Assembly: GCA_002269645.1 (NCBI GenBank)
Contig: NIVC01001886.1
Span: 62,001 to 126,000, forward strand
Length of the DNA: 64,000 bases
Source of the DNA: Macrostomum lignano
Taxonomy: Eukaryota
Direction: 5' to 3'
Shown: positions 50,904-62,203 of the stretch, piece after piece
How the letters are laid out: each line of letters begins with the position of its first letter
Numbering within the stretch: the first letter of the stretch is position 1
Position numbers and translations under genes: made by a program
Notes under the pieces: model-generated
Database searches by the model: none
The model's input: the letters and a program-made list of their open reading frames with translations, nothing else
What the model was told of the DNA's origin: nothing

Positions 50904-51334
50904 TCTGTGGGCATCGGTTAGGGTTAGTGTGTACATTTTTCTTTTTTATTCCAATTTCTTCTTTAGTTTTGAATTTATTTGATCAAAAATGCTTGGATTA
51001 AGAACTTTTTTGTTGCCTGAATTGATTGCTTCATTGTTCAGCTCACAGCCGAAAAGGGTGGGAACTTGTATTCACGCCTTTTGCTTGCTTGCGGATTTTT
51101 TGATACAGTGGGGCAGAAATTCTGCGAAAAAATCAGCCACTGCTTCGTGCGTGAGCGTGAAGGCTATAAAAAGTGCATTGAAAAGTATTATCTCAGCTTT
51201 TCACATTGCTGTTGGCTCTGCTTCAGTCAATCAATTCGTAATCGTAACTGTCAGCGAAGTTCTATGGATCACTTGTTAAAATATGAAAAATAATTAACTA
51301 TGAGCGTAGTTCTGAGGATTTAATTAAATTGAAT

Positions 51335-51368
51335 CAGTCAATGAATGAATGAATGAATGAATCAATCG

Positions 51369-51412
<44 letters not shown>

Positions 51413-51425
51413 ATCGACCAATGAA
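51335..51425 (+). repeat. (GAAT)n/(CAAT)n compound microsatellite
   Basis: Direct reading. Confidence 0.9.
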
Positions 51426-51487
51426 TCATTGGTTGGCAAGAAGCGGAGAGATGAGAGTCAGTCGATTGAAAGAACAATTAACTGCAT

Positions 51488-51905
51488 GGTTACGTGGTTA
51501 GCAGTCCAGTGTCGTACCTTTGCCAGGAGGCGCTGTTGAACTGGGAGCACTACGGCCAGACATCAAGGACACATTCCTATCTCCGCAATGTCTTTTTCCA
51601 GGAAATCGGCCTCCAAAAAGTTACGCGATTTCTGAGTTTTACACGTACGTCCTGTTATACTATACTACAGGACGTAGTACGTAGGACGTAGTACAGGACG
51701 TAGTGCAGTGGTCCTTGATGAACATGTTGGCCGCCGGCTGCGTCATCGGCGAGCTGCTGCTCGGCAAGCCGCTGTTCCCTGCATGGCGAAGACGCTCCCA
51801 GCTGAATCCTGCTCGCTCATACATGTACATGTAAGACGCTGTTGAGCTGAGCCAAACCATCCGAGGAGATGATGACCAAAATTCAGAGCCCATCGGCTGC
51901 TTATT
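51488..51905 (+). pseudogene. Decayed p38-type MAP kinase fragment (subdomains VIII-X)
   Basis: Three pieces in the correct order: GYVVSSPVSYLCQEALLNWEHYGQT (51488-51562; cf. [23 protein letters not shown]), MLAAGCVIGELLLGKPLFP (about 51724-51780; cf. [20 protein letters not shown]), and PSEEMMTKIQSPSA (51857-51898). Invariant residues are mutated and the rest of the kinase is absent. Confidence 0.7.
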
Positions 51906-53490
51906 AAATTAATAAAGCAAAGAGCTGCTGCGATTTTTCAGGGTGCGTACGAGCTACACAGGCCGGAGTTTCTCCATCCGTTTCCTGATGATCATTGATC
52001 TCGAAGATGCAAATTAGCTAGTCATTGATGATTCAATGAACTTGGCTGATTCAGATTTTAGACTCAGAGTGCGTGGACTCGCCGCCTAGCAGATGAGCAA
52101 ATTATATTATTAATTGCTCTTTGCGTGCACAAAATGCCTCCTTATAGTTTGATTTATTTCTATATCATACTGAGACTGCAGGGTAGTAGAGCTACGCAAA
52201 AGCCTTGTGGTACCAAAAACTTTTGCGATCTTAGTGACTTTTTGGTGTAAAAGATCTGAAAATTAACTACATATTTTGATGCATTTCCAAGTCCATTTAT
52301 GAATTTGCATGCATTTAATTTATGCATTTCCATTTGTACATGTACCAAAGATGAGACGGAGACAGCTAAATGAACATCTTTGCAAATTAGTTAAATAAAA
52401 TAACTAATTTGACCAGTTAAATGAGCACTATGTCAATTCACAAATTAAAATGCAACGAAATTCAACCAAAAGTGACCCAAAGCAGGGCCGCACGAAATAC
52501 ATGTAGAAAATGACTTAATAGCGGATATTTGTACAGTAGGTCCCTTCATTACTCCAATGTATTTTTTGATAAAATAAAAGTTGAGTCTAAATTCTAAAAG
52601 CCTTTTGTCTAAACGTTAGTACTTTAAACGAATGAACAGTTTGTAAATGATTGCAATTGACATATACGCTAGTACGATCTATAACCGGATTTATTTGGAT
52701 AATTCAAATGTTCGTTTCTTTGCTATTCAGCTCAACGAAAAATTTAAATTTTAATTAAAATCATTTAAATGTTTTTAGACCGAAAAATCTAGAGTATCTC
52801 TTGAACCTATAATGGATAACTAAAAGTTGTTTTATTCATGGAAAAATTCAAAATGTCATTTCTACTCTTTTTCGACCAAAAACTGAACAAAAACTGAATA
52901 ATGAATGAATTATTGACAATACTACTACTACAATTGACAAACTAAAATGACTGAAATAGGCCTAATTCTTAATTGATCTTAACATACAAAATTGTCAAAT
53001 TCAAACTGAAACTTTTTGACTAGCATCTAACAAGAGTAATCTGAGTCGTGTGAAATTTGCTACAATGAAATGAATACACATAGGCCTATAAAACTTATAT
53101 TTTTTCTTGTCGAAGCTAGACTACCCAACTACGACTACGAGCTACAATTTTTAGGCACCGTTAATTATAGGCCTAGCAAAATAAGGAATGCCTATCTGCC
53201 ACAATCTAATAAAAGAAATTGAATTGACAAGATTATGAATAATATTATTATGCTTATAGAATTTAAACTAGCAATCTACGCCCCCCGTTGGGGAGCCAAA
53301 GAAATGCAATACACGTTTTTTTAATAAGCTACATGTATCCTTGAAATCTTAAAAAATCTCCTGTCAAACCTTGTAAGCCTTGACATGTCAGTTATCCCCC
53401 CCACAAGCTTTAACATATCAACTTCCCCCCTTGACATCTCAGCAATGCCCCCAATAAGCCTTGGAAATCTAAAAATATCTGTCAACCTTC

Positions 53491-53545
53491 TAACCCTAAC
53501 CCTAGCCTAACCCTAACCCTAACCCTAACCCTAACCTAACCCTAA
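53491..53545 (+). repeat. Short interstitial telomere-type (CCCTAA)n tract
   Basis: TAACCCTAACCCTAGCCTAACCCTAACCCTAACCCTAACCCTAACCTAACCCTAA. A decayed counterpart occurs at about 53915-53965. Confidence 0.85.
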
Positions 53546-54454
53546 AGCATTGAAATTTCAGTAATTCTCCCTAAGAGTCATTATAGCACTACTACAGCAT
53601 TATAGCGATTCCTTGCAAGCCTCAACATCGTAGGGATTCCCAAATGAATCTCTTAACTTCGACATGAAGCTTCTTTTATTTTTTACATTACGCTTTTTTA
53701 TCAGCGATCCCTCCCCTGAGGAGGCATCAAATAATGTAATAAAAAGTTTTCAATAAACTACATGTAGCTTCTGACTTTAGCCTTGAAATCTCATTTATAC
53801 CCCCGTGAGCCTTGACATCTCAGCTATTCCCCCCGTAAGCCTTGACATGTCAGCAATGGCCCCATAAACCTTGAAATCTAAAAAATCCCCTGTTAACCTT
53901 GAAACCCGATAAAATATAACCCTCAACCCACACCTGACCTAAACCTAACTTTAACCCAACCTAAAGCCTTGAAATCTCAGCAATTCTTCTCCCCTAAGCC
54001 TTAACATTTTAGTGATTCTTTCTTTAAGAATCACAGCACTATAACGATTTCCACCAAGCTTTGACATCGTAGCAATTCCCAAATGAATCTTTTAACTTCG
54101 ACATGACTTTTCTTTTATGTATACATAGTGCTACTTTTATTTTTTACATGACTTTTCTTCTATCAGCGGCCCCCCCCCCCGTGACGAGCCAACAAAGAAT
54201 GCAATAAAAAAATGGAGTAAAGTACATGAACTTTGAAGTAGCTTCTGACTTTTGCTTTGACATCTCAGAAACCCCCCCCCCCTGTAATCTCAGTTATTCT
54301 CTGAGAGCCTTGACGTCTCAGTTTTTCTCCCCAGCACAGCATTATAGTTGCATTTAATTTTTACATGAACCCTTCATGTCTGACATGACGTTTCTTTTAT
54401 TCTACCATGATGCTTCTCAATTTTTTAAATGACACTTTCATTAGTTTTTAAATG

Positions 54455-57008
54455 AGGCTTCTATGATTTTTTCTTGACGCTTCTATGATTTTTACATGAC
54501 GCTTCTATGATTTTTTACATGACGCTTCTATGATTTTTATATGACGTTTCTATGATTGTTTACATGACGCTTCTATGATTGTTTACATGACGCTTCTAAG
54601 ATTTTTTACATGACGCTTCTATGATTGTTTACATGACGCTTTTATGATTTTTTACATGACGCTTCTAAGATTTTTTACATGACGCTTCTACGATTTTTTA
54701 CATGACGCTTCTATGATTGTTTACATGACGCTTCTATGATTGTTTACATGACGCTTCTATGATTGTTTACATGACGCTTCTATGATTGTTTACATGACGC
54801 TTCTATGATTTTTTACATGACGCTTCTATGATTGTTTACATGACGCTTCTATGATTGTTTACATGACGCTTCTATGATTGTTTACATGACGCTTCTATGA
54901 TTGTTTACATGACGCTTCTATGATTGTTTACATGACGCTTCTATGATTGTTTACATGACGCTTCTTCGATTTTTTACATGACGCTTCTATGATTGTTTAC
55001 AGTACGCTTCTATGATTTTTTACATGACGCTTCTATGATTGTTTACATGACGCTTCTATGATTTTTTACATGGCGCTTCTATGATTGTTTACATGACGCT
55101 TCTATGATTTTTTACATGACGCTTCTATGATTGTTTACATGACGCTTCTATGATTGTTTACATGACGCTTCTATGATTGTTTACATGACGCTTCTATGAT
55201 TGTTTACATGACGCTTCTATGATTGTTTACATGACGCTTCTATGATTGTTTACATGACGCTTCTTCGATTTTTTACATGACGCTTCTATGATTGTTTACA
55301 GTACGCTTCTATGATTTTTTACATGACGCTTCTATGATTGTTTACATGACGCTTCTATGATTTTTTACATGGCGCTTCTATGATTGTTTACATGACGCTT
55401 CTATGATTGTTTACATGACGCTTCTTCGATTTTTTACATGACGCTTCTATGATTGTTTACATGACGCTTCTACGATTTTTTACATGACGCTTTTATGATT
55501 GTTTACATGACGCTTCTACGATTTTTATATGACGCTTCTATGATTTTTTACATGACGCTTCTATGATTATTTACATGACGCTTCTATGATTGTTTACATG
55601 ACGCTTCTATGATTGTTTACATGACGCTTCTATGATTGTTTACATGACGCTTCTATGATTGTTTACATGACGCTTCTAAGATTTTTTACATGACGCTTCT
55701 ATGATTGTTTACATGACGCTTCTACGATTTTTTACATGACGCTTTTATGATTGTTTACATGACGCTTCTACGATTGTTTACATGACGCCTCTACGATTTT
55801 TTACATGACGCTTCTATGATTATTTACATGACGCTTCTATGATTGTTTACATGACGCTTCTATGATTGTTTACATGACGCTTCTATGATTGTTTACATGA
55901 CGCTTCTATGATTTTTTACATGGCGCTTCTATGATTGTTTACATGACGCTTCTATGATTGTTTACATGACGCTTCTAAGATTTTTTACATGACGCTTCTA
56001 TGATTGTTTACATGACGCTTCTACGATTTTTTACATGACGCTTTTATGATTGTTTACATGACGCTTCTACGATTTTTATATGACGCTTCTATGATTTTTT
56101 ACATGACGCTTCTATGATTATTTACATGACGCTTCTATGATTGTTTACATGACGCTTCTATGATTGTTTACATGACGCTTCTATGATTGTTTACATGACG
56201 CTTCTATGATTTTTTTAAATGACGCTTCTATGATTTTTTACATGACGCTTCTATGATTGTTTACATGACGCTTCTATGATTGTTTGCATGACGCTTCTAT
56301 GATTGTTTACATGACGCTTCTATGATTGTTTACATGACGCCTCTACGATTGTTTACATGACGCTTCTATGATTGTTTACATGACGCTTCTATGATTTTTT
56401 ACATGACGCTTCTATGATTGTTTACATGACGCTTCTATGATTTTTTACATGACGCTTCTATGATTGTTTACATGACGCTTCTATGATTGTTTACATGACG
56501 CTTCTATGATTGTTTACATGACGCTTCTATGATTGTTTACATGACGCTTTTATGATTTTTTACATGACGCTTCTAAGATTTTTTACATGACGCTTCTACG
56601 ATTTTTTACATGACGCTTCTATGATTGTTTACATGACGCTTCTATGATTTTTTACATGACGCTTCTATGATTGTTTACATGACGCTTCTACGATTTTTAA
56701 ATGACGCTTCTATGATTTTTTACATGACGCTTCTATGATTGTTTACATGACGCTTCTATGATTGTTTACATGACGCTTCTATGATTGTTAACATGACGCT
56801 TCTATGATTGTTTACATGACGCTTCTATGATTGTTTACATGACGCTTCTATGATTGTTTACATGACGCTTCTAAGATTTTTTACATGACGCTTCTACGAT
56901 TTTTTAAATGACGCTTCTATGATTGTTTACATGACGCTTCTATGATTGTTTACATGACGCTTTTATGATTGTTTACATGACGCTTCTACGATTTTTATGC
57001 GACGCTTC
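54455..57008 (+). repeat. 23-bp minisatellite (TTACATGACGCTTCTATGATTGT)n, about 110 copies
   Basis: Direct reading. Confidence 0.99.
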
Positions 57009-58329
57009 TTTTTAAAAAGTCTTTTAGTTTTCCTGACGTTGAAAAGCTTTAATTAAAAAAATTATACTCAAATTCAAACCATCGAAAATTCAAACCATCG
57101 TCACTGCATTTAGCAGTTCAGTTTGTTCACCTTTAGGCTAGCTCTCATCGTTTTGATAACATCAACTTTTACACTTATATAACTCAACACTTTTAAATCC
57201 AAGCATAGAGTAAATCACACGAAGCAGTTATGACATAATCAGTTTCTCAGTCAGTCAGTATCAGTTAACAATATGGTTACGCAATTTAAATCAAGTCTGG
57301 TGCTACGCTTCCACACTGCATTTTCAATTCAAGTCGGAGTTACGCTCGTACAATTCAGTTATGATGCAATCTATTTCAGAGTCAGAATTCAACCAGTCAG
57401 TTTTTTCTCTAGCATTCTTACAATGCATTTCAAGTCAAAAAGTTTGCTTGACCTTTGCAAAAAAGCATGTTTTTCGAATATTTAATGCCTTTAGCATCGA
57501 GCAATTTCTTAGCCACGATGCATGTACCGTCACGGGAAAATTTCTGATCGAACAGTGCAAGTTCGAACAAAATCGGTCCAGCCATTTTTTCTCTAATCTA
57601 TCACATATATATATATAGACATCACATTTTTAGTATATAGGATATACATATGTACATTTGCACTTTGCCTACTTTTGTACTTTTTAATATAGGCCTATAG
57701 GCCCCCCTATGCCTAGCCCTACTAAATCTAGTAATTGGTTAATTTAATAAAAAGTAAAAATCAATGATGCTTACAAATATAAACATCATTTCAATGACAA
57801 TAAGCCTATGCTCAAAAGCATAAATAGATCTAGGCCTATACTCTATTAAACTTATTGGATCAAATTAGGCTTGCTATTACCATTTGTCTTATTTTTAGGG
57901 AACCAATCAAAAGGGTGACAAATCAAAAGGGAAGCAGTAAAAAAAAGTGATAGTCATAGTATATTATTTGTTAGACAATTAAACAGTTATAATTTCTATG
58001 ATATATAATATTTTGATATAGATTATGGAAAATTGACAGGAGTACAAAGGCAGAACATTTATATTTGTGTTTCAATCATCTAGACATCTATTATTTTAGT
58101 TTGTATATAGCTAAAAATAGTAAAAAATTAATAAAAGCAAGCTATATGGGCCTATTGATTTCTTTAAAATAAATAACTTGTACATTTTAGGCCTAACAAT
58201 GCAAGCTATCTTAGGCCTAGTACATTTTAACTACTTGTACATTTGAACAAATATTCATGTTAACAATATAGTATATATAGACATGGCACTGTGTTTATAA
58301 CAGTAAAGCTTAAAATAGGCATATCTGTC

Positions 58330-59333
58330 ATGTCTATAATGTTAAGCAGTGTAAATTTACTTTTGTTTGTAAATTTTTTCTTTTAAAATGGTGCCATTGA
58401 TGCGGAATGACAAATAGGAGTTGTCTATGGCCTGTACTAGCTGCGTAAAGTTGTTTGGGGCACAAAAATTCAGCTGTTTTATTGAGCTCATAATGTCAAC
58501 TGGTAACACAACTGGTGGGAAACATTTTTAATGGCACTAAGCATTGCTTAGTTTAGTTCAATGTAGTCCTGACTGTCTCAGATTTCTAAACTGGGTAATA
58601 ATGACAAATCCAGTACAGAATGCTGCTAAAAGCTTTGGTAAGCCCTGGGTAAAGGCGTCGCCATAGATACTCTTAGATAGGCGATTCAAAAAAGGCATCA
58701 ATAGTGCCATGCATGGCCTAGAATTTCAGTATGGTACGGCTACTGATGCGACACTCATGCATGACAGTTGACATGGACTCGTTTTTGGCCCAGCATTGCA
58801 ATAGGGTGATCAGCTGCTGCAAGTCCAGATGGCTGGCCTCGAAAAAAGGAGCCCTTGTATATACTCTCCTGGTGTCAACAGGTTTTATAGTCCCAGGCAT
58901 AGCCATCAATGAGTTGCTCTCCATTGTGGTGCTGTAGATTCATCGGTGTATGCGCGGCACATAGGCAGGTCCATTGGTTGGCCAATAGTCCATGACGAGG
59001 AAGCCACCACATAGTCTTGTCAGTAGTAGCCGTCACTTCTATCAGATCCCTTAAATTCATATTTAGTTCCATTTGGTGGCACAATCCACAATGGTCTTAG
59101 CGGCCATCCAGCTATTTGCAAATCAGAAGAGTCTTGAAGTCTCTAAAGTCCAAACTATAGTGAGAAATCAATTAAACTCAGCCAAATTTTTATGCCCCAA
59201 AAAACTCTATGTGGCTAGTATAGGCCATAGACAACTCCCATTTGTCATTCTGCGTCATTGGCACCATTTTAAAAGAAAAAAATTTGCAAACCAAAGTAAA
59301 TTTACGCCTGTTAAGCATTTATTAGGTCTACCC
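58330..59333 (-). mobile_element. Internally deleted Merlin (IS1595/ISXO2-like) DNA transposon with about 150-bp TIRs and a disrupted transposase N-terminus
   Basis: 58350-58496 is the reverse complement (about 85%) of 59177-59308. The minus-strand remnant at 59060-58718 reads MNLRDL..WL..HGLL..C.C..M.L..DGYAW.YKTC*..ESIYKGSFF/EASHLDL..LI.LL..W, typical of the Merlin/ISXO2 transposase N-terminus. The DDE core is missing. Confidence 0.75.
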
Positions 59334-59450
59334 ACTGCTTTAAATTTTGGCAATAAGGGATTGCCAAATTTTTTTGCATTTTACTTGTAGACACAGCCAT
59401 TATAACCCTGAGTTGTGGTATAGGCCTAGTAACAAACTAGCAATCTTTGC

Positions 59451-59771
59451 CCCTATTGCAGCCAAGGTCTGAACCGCGCCGGACGCCCCTCTTTCCCGCG
59501 CCAGACATCTACCCGTACCGCGCCAGGGCCAGTCCCCAGGATCAGTGATTTGGTTCAATTAATCAGTCAATGGCTCGCATCAATCGACGTTGACCCGGCC
59601 CTTTGTTGCCACCAGTCGCCGAAGCACCTGCCACGCCGCCGCGCGCCGCCGCCACACGCCACGCCACCGCGCGCCGCCGCCACGCGCCGCGCCGCCGCCG
59701 CGCGCCGCGCCGCCGCCAGGCCAATCCGCGCCGGACGCCGTCCACGAAAATGGCCATTGGCTGCAATAGGG
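59451..59771. mobile_element. 321-bp GC-rich MITE with a perfect 15-bp TIR and an 8-bp TSD; superfamily unassigned
   Basis: TIR CCCTATTGCAGCCAA / TTGGCTGCAATAGGG. TSD ATCTTTGC at 59443-59450 and 59772-59779. Confidence 0.9.
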
Positions 59772-59889
59772 ATCTTTGCCCCCCGATGGGGGACATCTAA
59801 ATAGAATATCTGTTCTCTAAAAGTAACAAAAAGACAGCGAAATAAAGCTTTCACAAAGACAACAGACATTCTATCTGTAAAGAAAACAT

Positions 59890-60560
59890 CCCCAGACAGC
59901 ATGCAAGCATCTCCCAGATAGCATGCAAGCATCTCCCAGATAGCAAGCATCCCCCAAATAGCAAGAATCCCCCAGATAGCAAGCATCCCCAGACAGCATG
60001 CAAGCATCTTCCAGATAGCAAGCATCCCCCAGATAGCAAGCATCCCCAGACAGCATGCAAGCATCTCCCAGATAGCACGAATCCCCTAGATATAGCAAGC
60101 ATCCCCAGACAGCACGCAAGCATCCCTCAGATAGCAAGAATCCCCCAGATAGCAAGCATCTCCCAGATAGCAAGAATCGCCCAGATAGCAAGCATCTCCC
60201 AGATAGCAAGAATCGCCCAGATAGCAAGCATCTCCCAGATAGCAAGAATCGCCCAGATAGCAAGCATCCCCAGACAGCATGCAAGCATCCCCAAACAGCA
60301 TGCAACCATCCCCCAGATAGCAAGCATCCCTGGATACAAAGAATCCTTATAGATAGCTAGCAACCCCCTCTCAGATGGCAAGTACCCTCCACTCCCCAAG
60401 AGCAAGCATCCCCCAATAGCAAGTTACCCCAGATAGCAAGCATTCTTCCGATAGCAAGCATCCCTCCCCCCAATAGCAAGCATCACTCAGATAGCAAGCA
60501 TCCCCCTGATAGCAAGTATCCATCCTTAAATAGCAAGCATCCACCAGACATCAAGTAGCT
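59890..60560 (+). repeat. Degenerate array of about 19-23 bp with a CCCAGATAGCAAGCATC core
   Basis: Direct reading. Confidence 0.92.
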
Positions 60561-60599
60561 AGTGCAATAATTTCCTTAGCTTTATAGTGGCTCCATTTT

Positions 60600-61420
60600 G
60601 TTTGGCATGACACTTCTTTTTATGTTTGACATGGTGGCTCTTCTATGTTTGACATGGACACATGGTGTCTCTTCTATGTTTGACATGGTGGCTCTTCTAT
60701 GTTTGACATGGTAGCTCTTTAATGTTTGACATGGAGTCACGTATATGTTTGACATAGTGGCTCTTTAATGATTGACATCGTGGTTCTTTAATGTTTGACA
60801 TGGTGTCTCTGTTATGTTTGACATGATGGCTCAGTTGTTCGACATGGTGTCTCTTCTATGTTTGACATGGTGGCTCTTTTGTGTTTGACATTGTGGCTCT
60901 TTAATGTTTGACATGGTGGCTCTTCTATGTTTGACATGGTAGCACTTTAATCTTCGACATGGTGGCTCTTTAATTTTTGACATTGTGGCTCTTTAATGTT
61001 TGATATGGTGGCTCTTTTATGTTTGACATGGTGGCTCTTTAATGTTTGACATGGAGTAATGTATATGCTTGACGTGGTGGTTCTTTTATGGTTGACATGG
61101 TGGCTTTTTTATGTTTGACATGGCGGCTCTTTTATGTTTGGCATGGTGGCTCTTTTATGTTTGACATGGTGGCTCTTTTATGTTCGACATGGTGGCTCTT
61201 TTATGTTTGACATGGTGGCTCTTTTATGTTCGACATGGTGGCTCTTTTATGTTTGACATGGTGGCTCTTTAATGTTTGGCATGCTGGCTCTTTAATGTTT
61301 GGCATGCTGGCTCTTTTATGTTTGACATGGAGTAATGTATATGCTTGACGTGGTGGTTCTTTTATGGTTGACATAGTGGCTTTTTTATGTTTGACATGGC
61401 GGCTCTTTTATGTTTGGCTC
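60600..61420 (+). repeat. 23-bp minisatellite (ATGTTTGACATGGTGGCTCTTTT)n, about 35 copies
   Basis: Direct reading. Confidence 0.95.
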
Positions 61421-62203
61421 TTTTATATTTTTTATTGCTTAGGCCTCTAGCTGACTAGGCTTACTTTGTTGCTTAGCTAGGTTGACTAGATTTGGTTAGG
61501 TTTAGATATATTATATGATCTAGTCTATAATCTATGCTAATAATCCCTAGCTAGTGGTGGATCCAGGATTTTTTAAGTAGGGGGGGTGGGCAAATTTTGG
61601 ATACTGAAACCGAAACTAGAAAAAAAAGTAATATTTTGTTCATATACAGAAAATGATTTTTAGCTATTTCAATTGATTGCAAAAGTTTAATTTTGGTTGA
61701 ATCACTAAATTTCATTTATATTTTAATTGTTACATGCAGTGCAGAAGAGCATTAAAAATGAGATAGTTAATAAGCAGCTTTTTAGTAGAGGAGTGGATTT
61801 TAAGTCACTTATTGCATGCTTTCCCTGCTGACACTTATTGTTATTGTTGATTCAATCATATTCAAATATAATGAGACAACACAATTGGCATTGCAAATGG
61901 GCATTAGCAGTTTGTCGTATCAAAAGCAGCATTTAAATTTTAATGCATTATTACAACTACTTGTTTGTACAAGTATGATGCATACATGCAGGGATGTAAG
62001 CAAACTGGAACAGGAACTGAAGCAACAGAAAAACAATACATTATACATATGATCTATAACATCTAGTGTCCGTCTAGAAGACAATCAGCAACATCGAAAA
62101 GTTGCCATTATACATGTAGAAGATTCTGTCTATGATTGCCACTTTTGAATGAAGGTAAAGTCTTTAAACCTTTGCAAATGATGCAACTTAGCTCGTAGCT
62201 ACG

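Larger units (their letters stand above)
53268..57642 (-). mobile_element. Putative non-autonomous Helitron (about 4.4 kb) containing three diverged ~450-bp repeats and a 2.5-kb minisatellite
   Basis: On the minus strand the 5' end is A|TCCTATATACTAAAAATG + (AT)n + GGACCGATTTTG. The 3' end is an imperfect hairpin GCTCCC-AACG-GGGGGC, 8 nt, then CTAG|T. Both termini are in the same orientation at an A|T target. Linking them into one element is an inference. Confidence 0.55.

Noticed and set aside
53491-53545. (CCCTAA)n as evidence of a chromosome end or fusion site
   Set aside because: The tract is short, degenerate, in one orientation, and embedded in a repeated mobile-element block.
61551-61595. 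TAGTGGTGGATCCAGGATTTT...GGGGGGG hAT-like 5' terminus (similar CAGTGGCGGATGCAG at about 11613)
   Set aside because: It is probably a real transposon end, but no matching opposite terminus or TSD could be found, so its extent cannot be defined.
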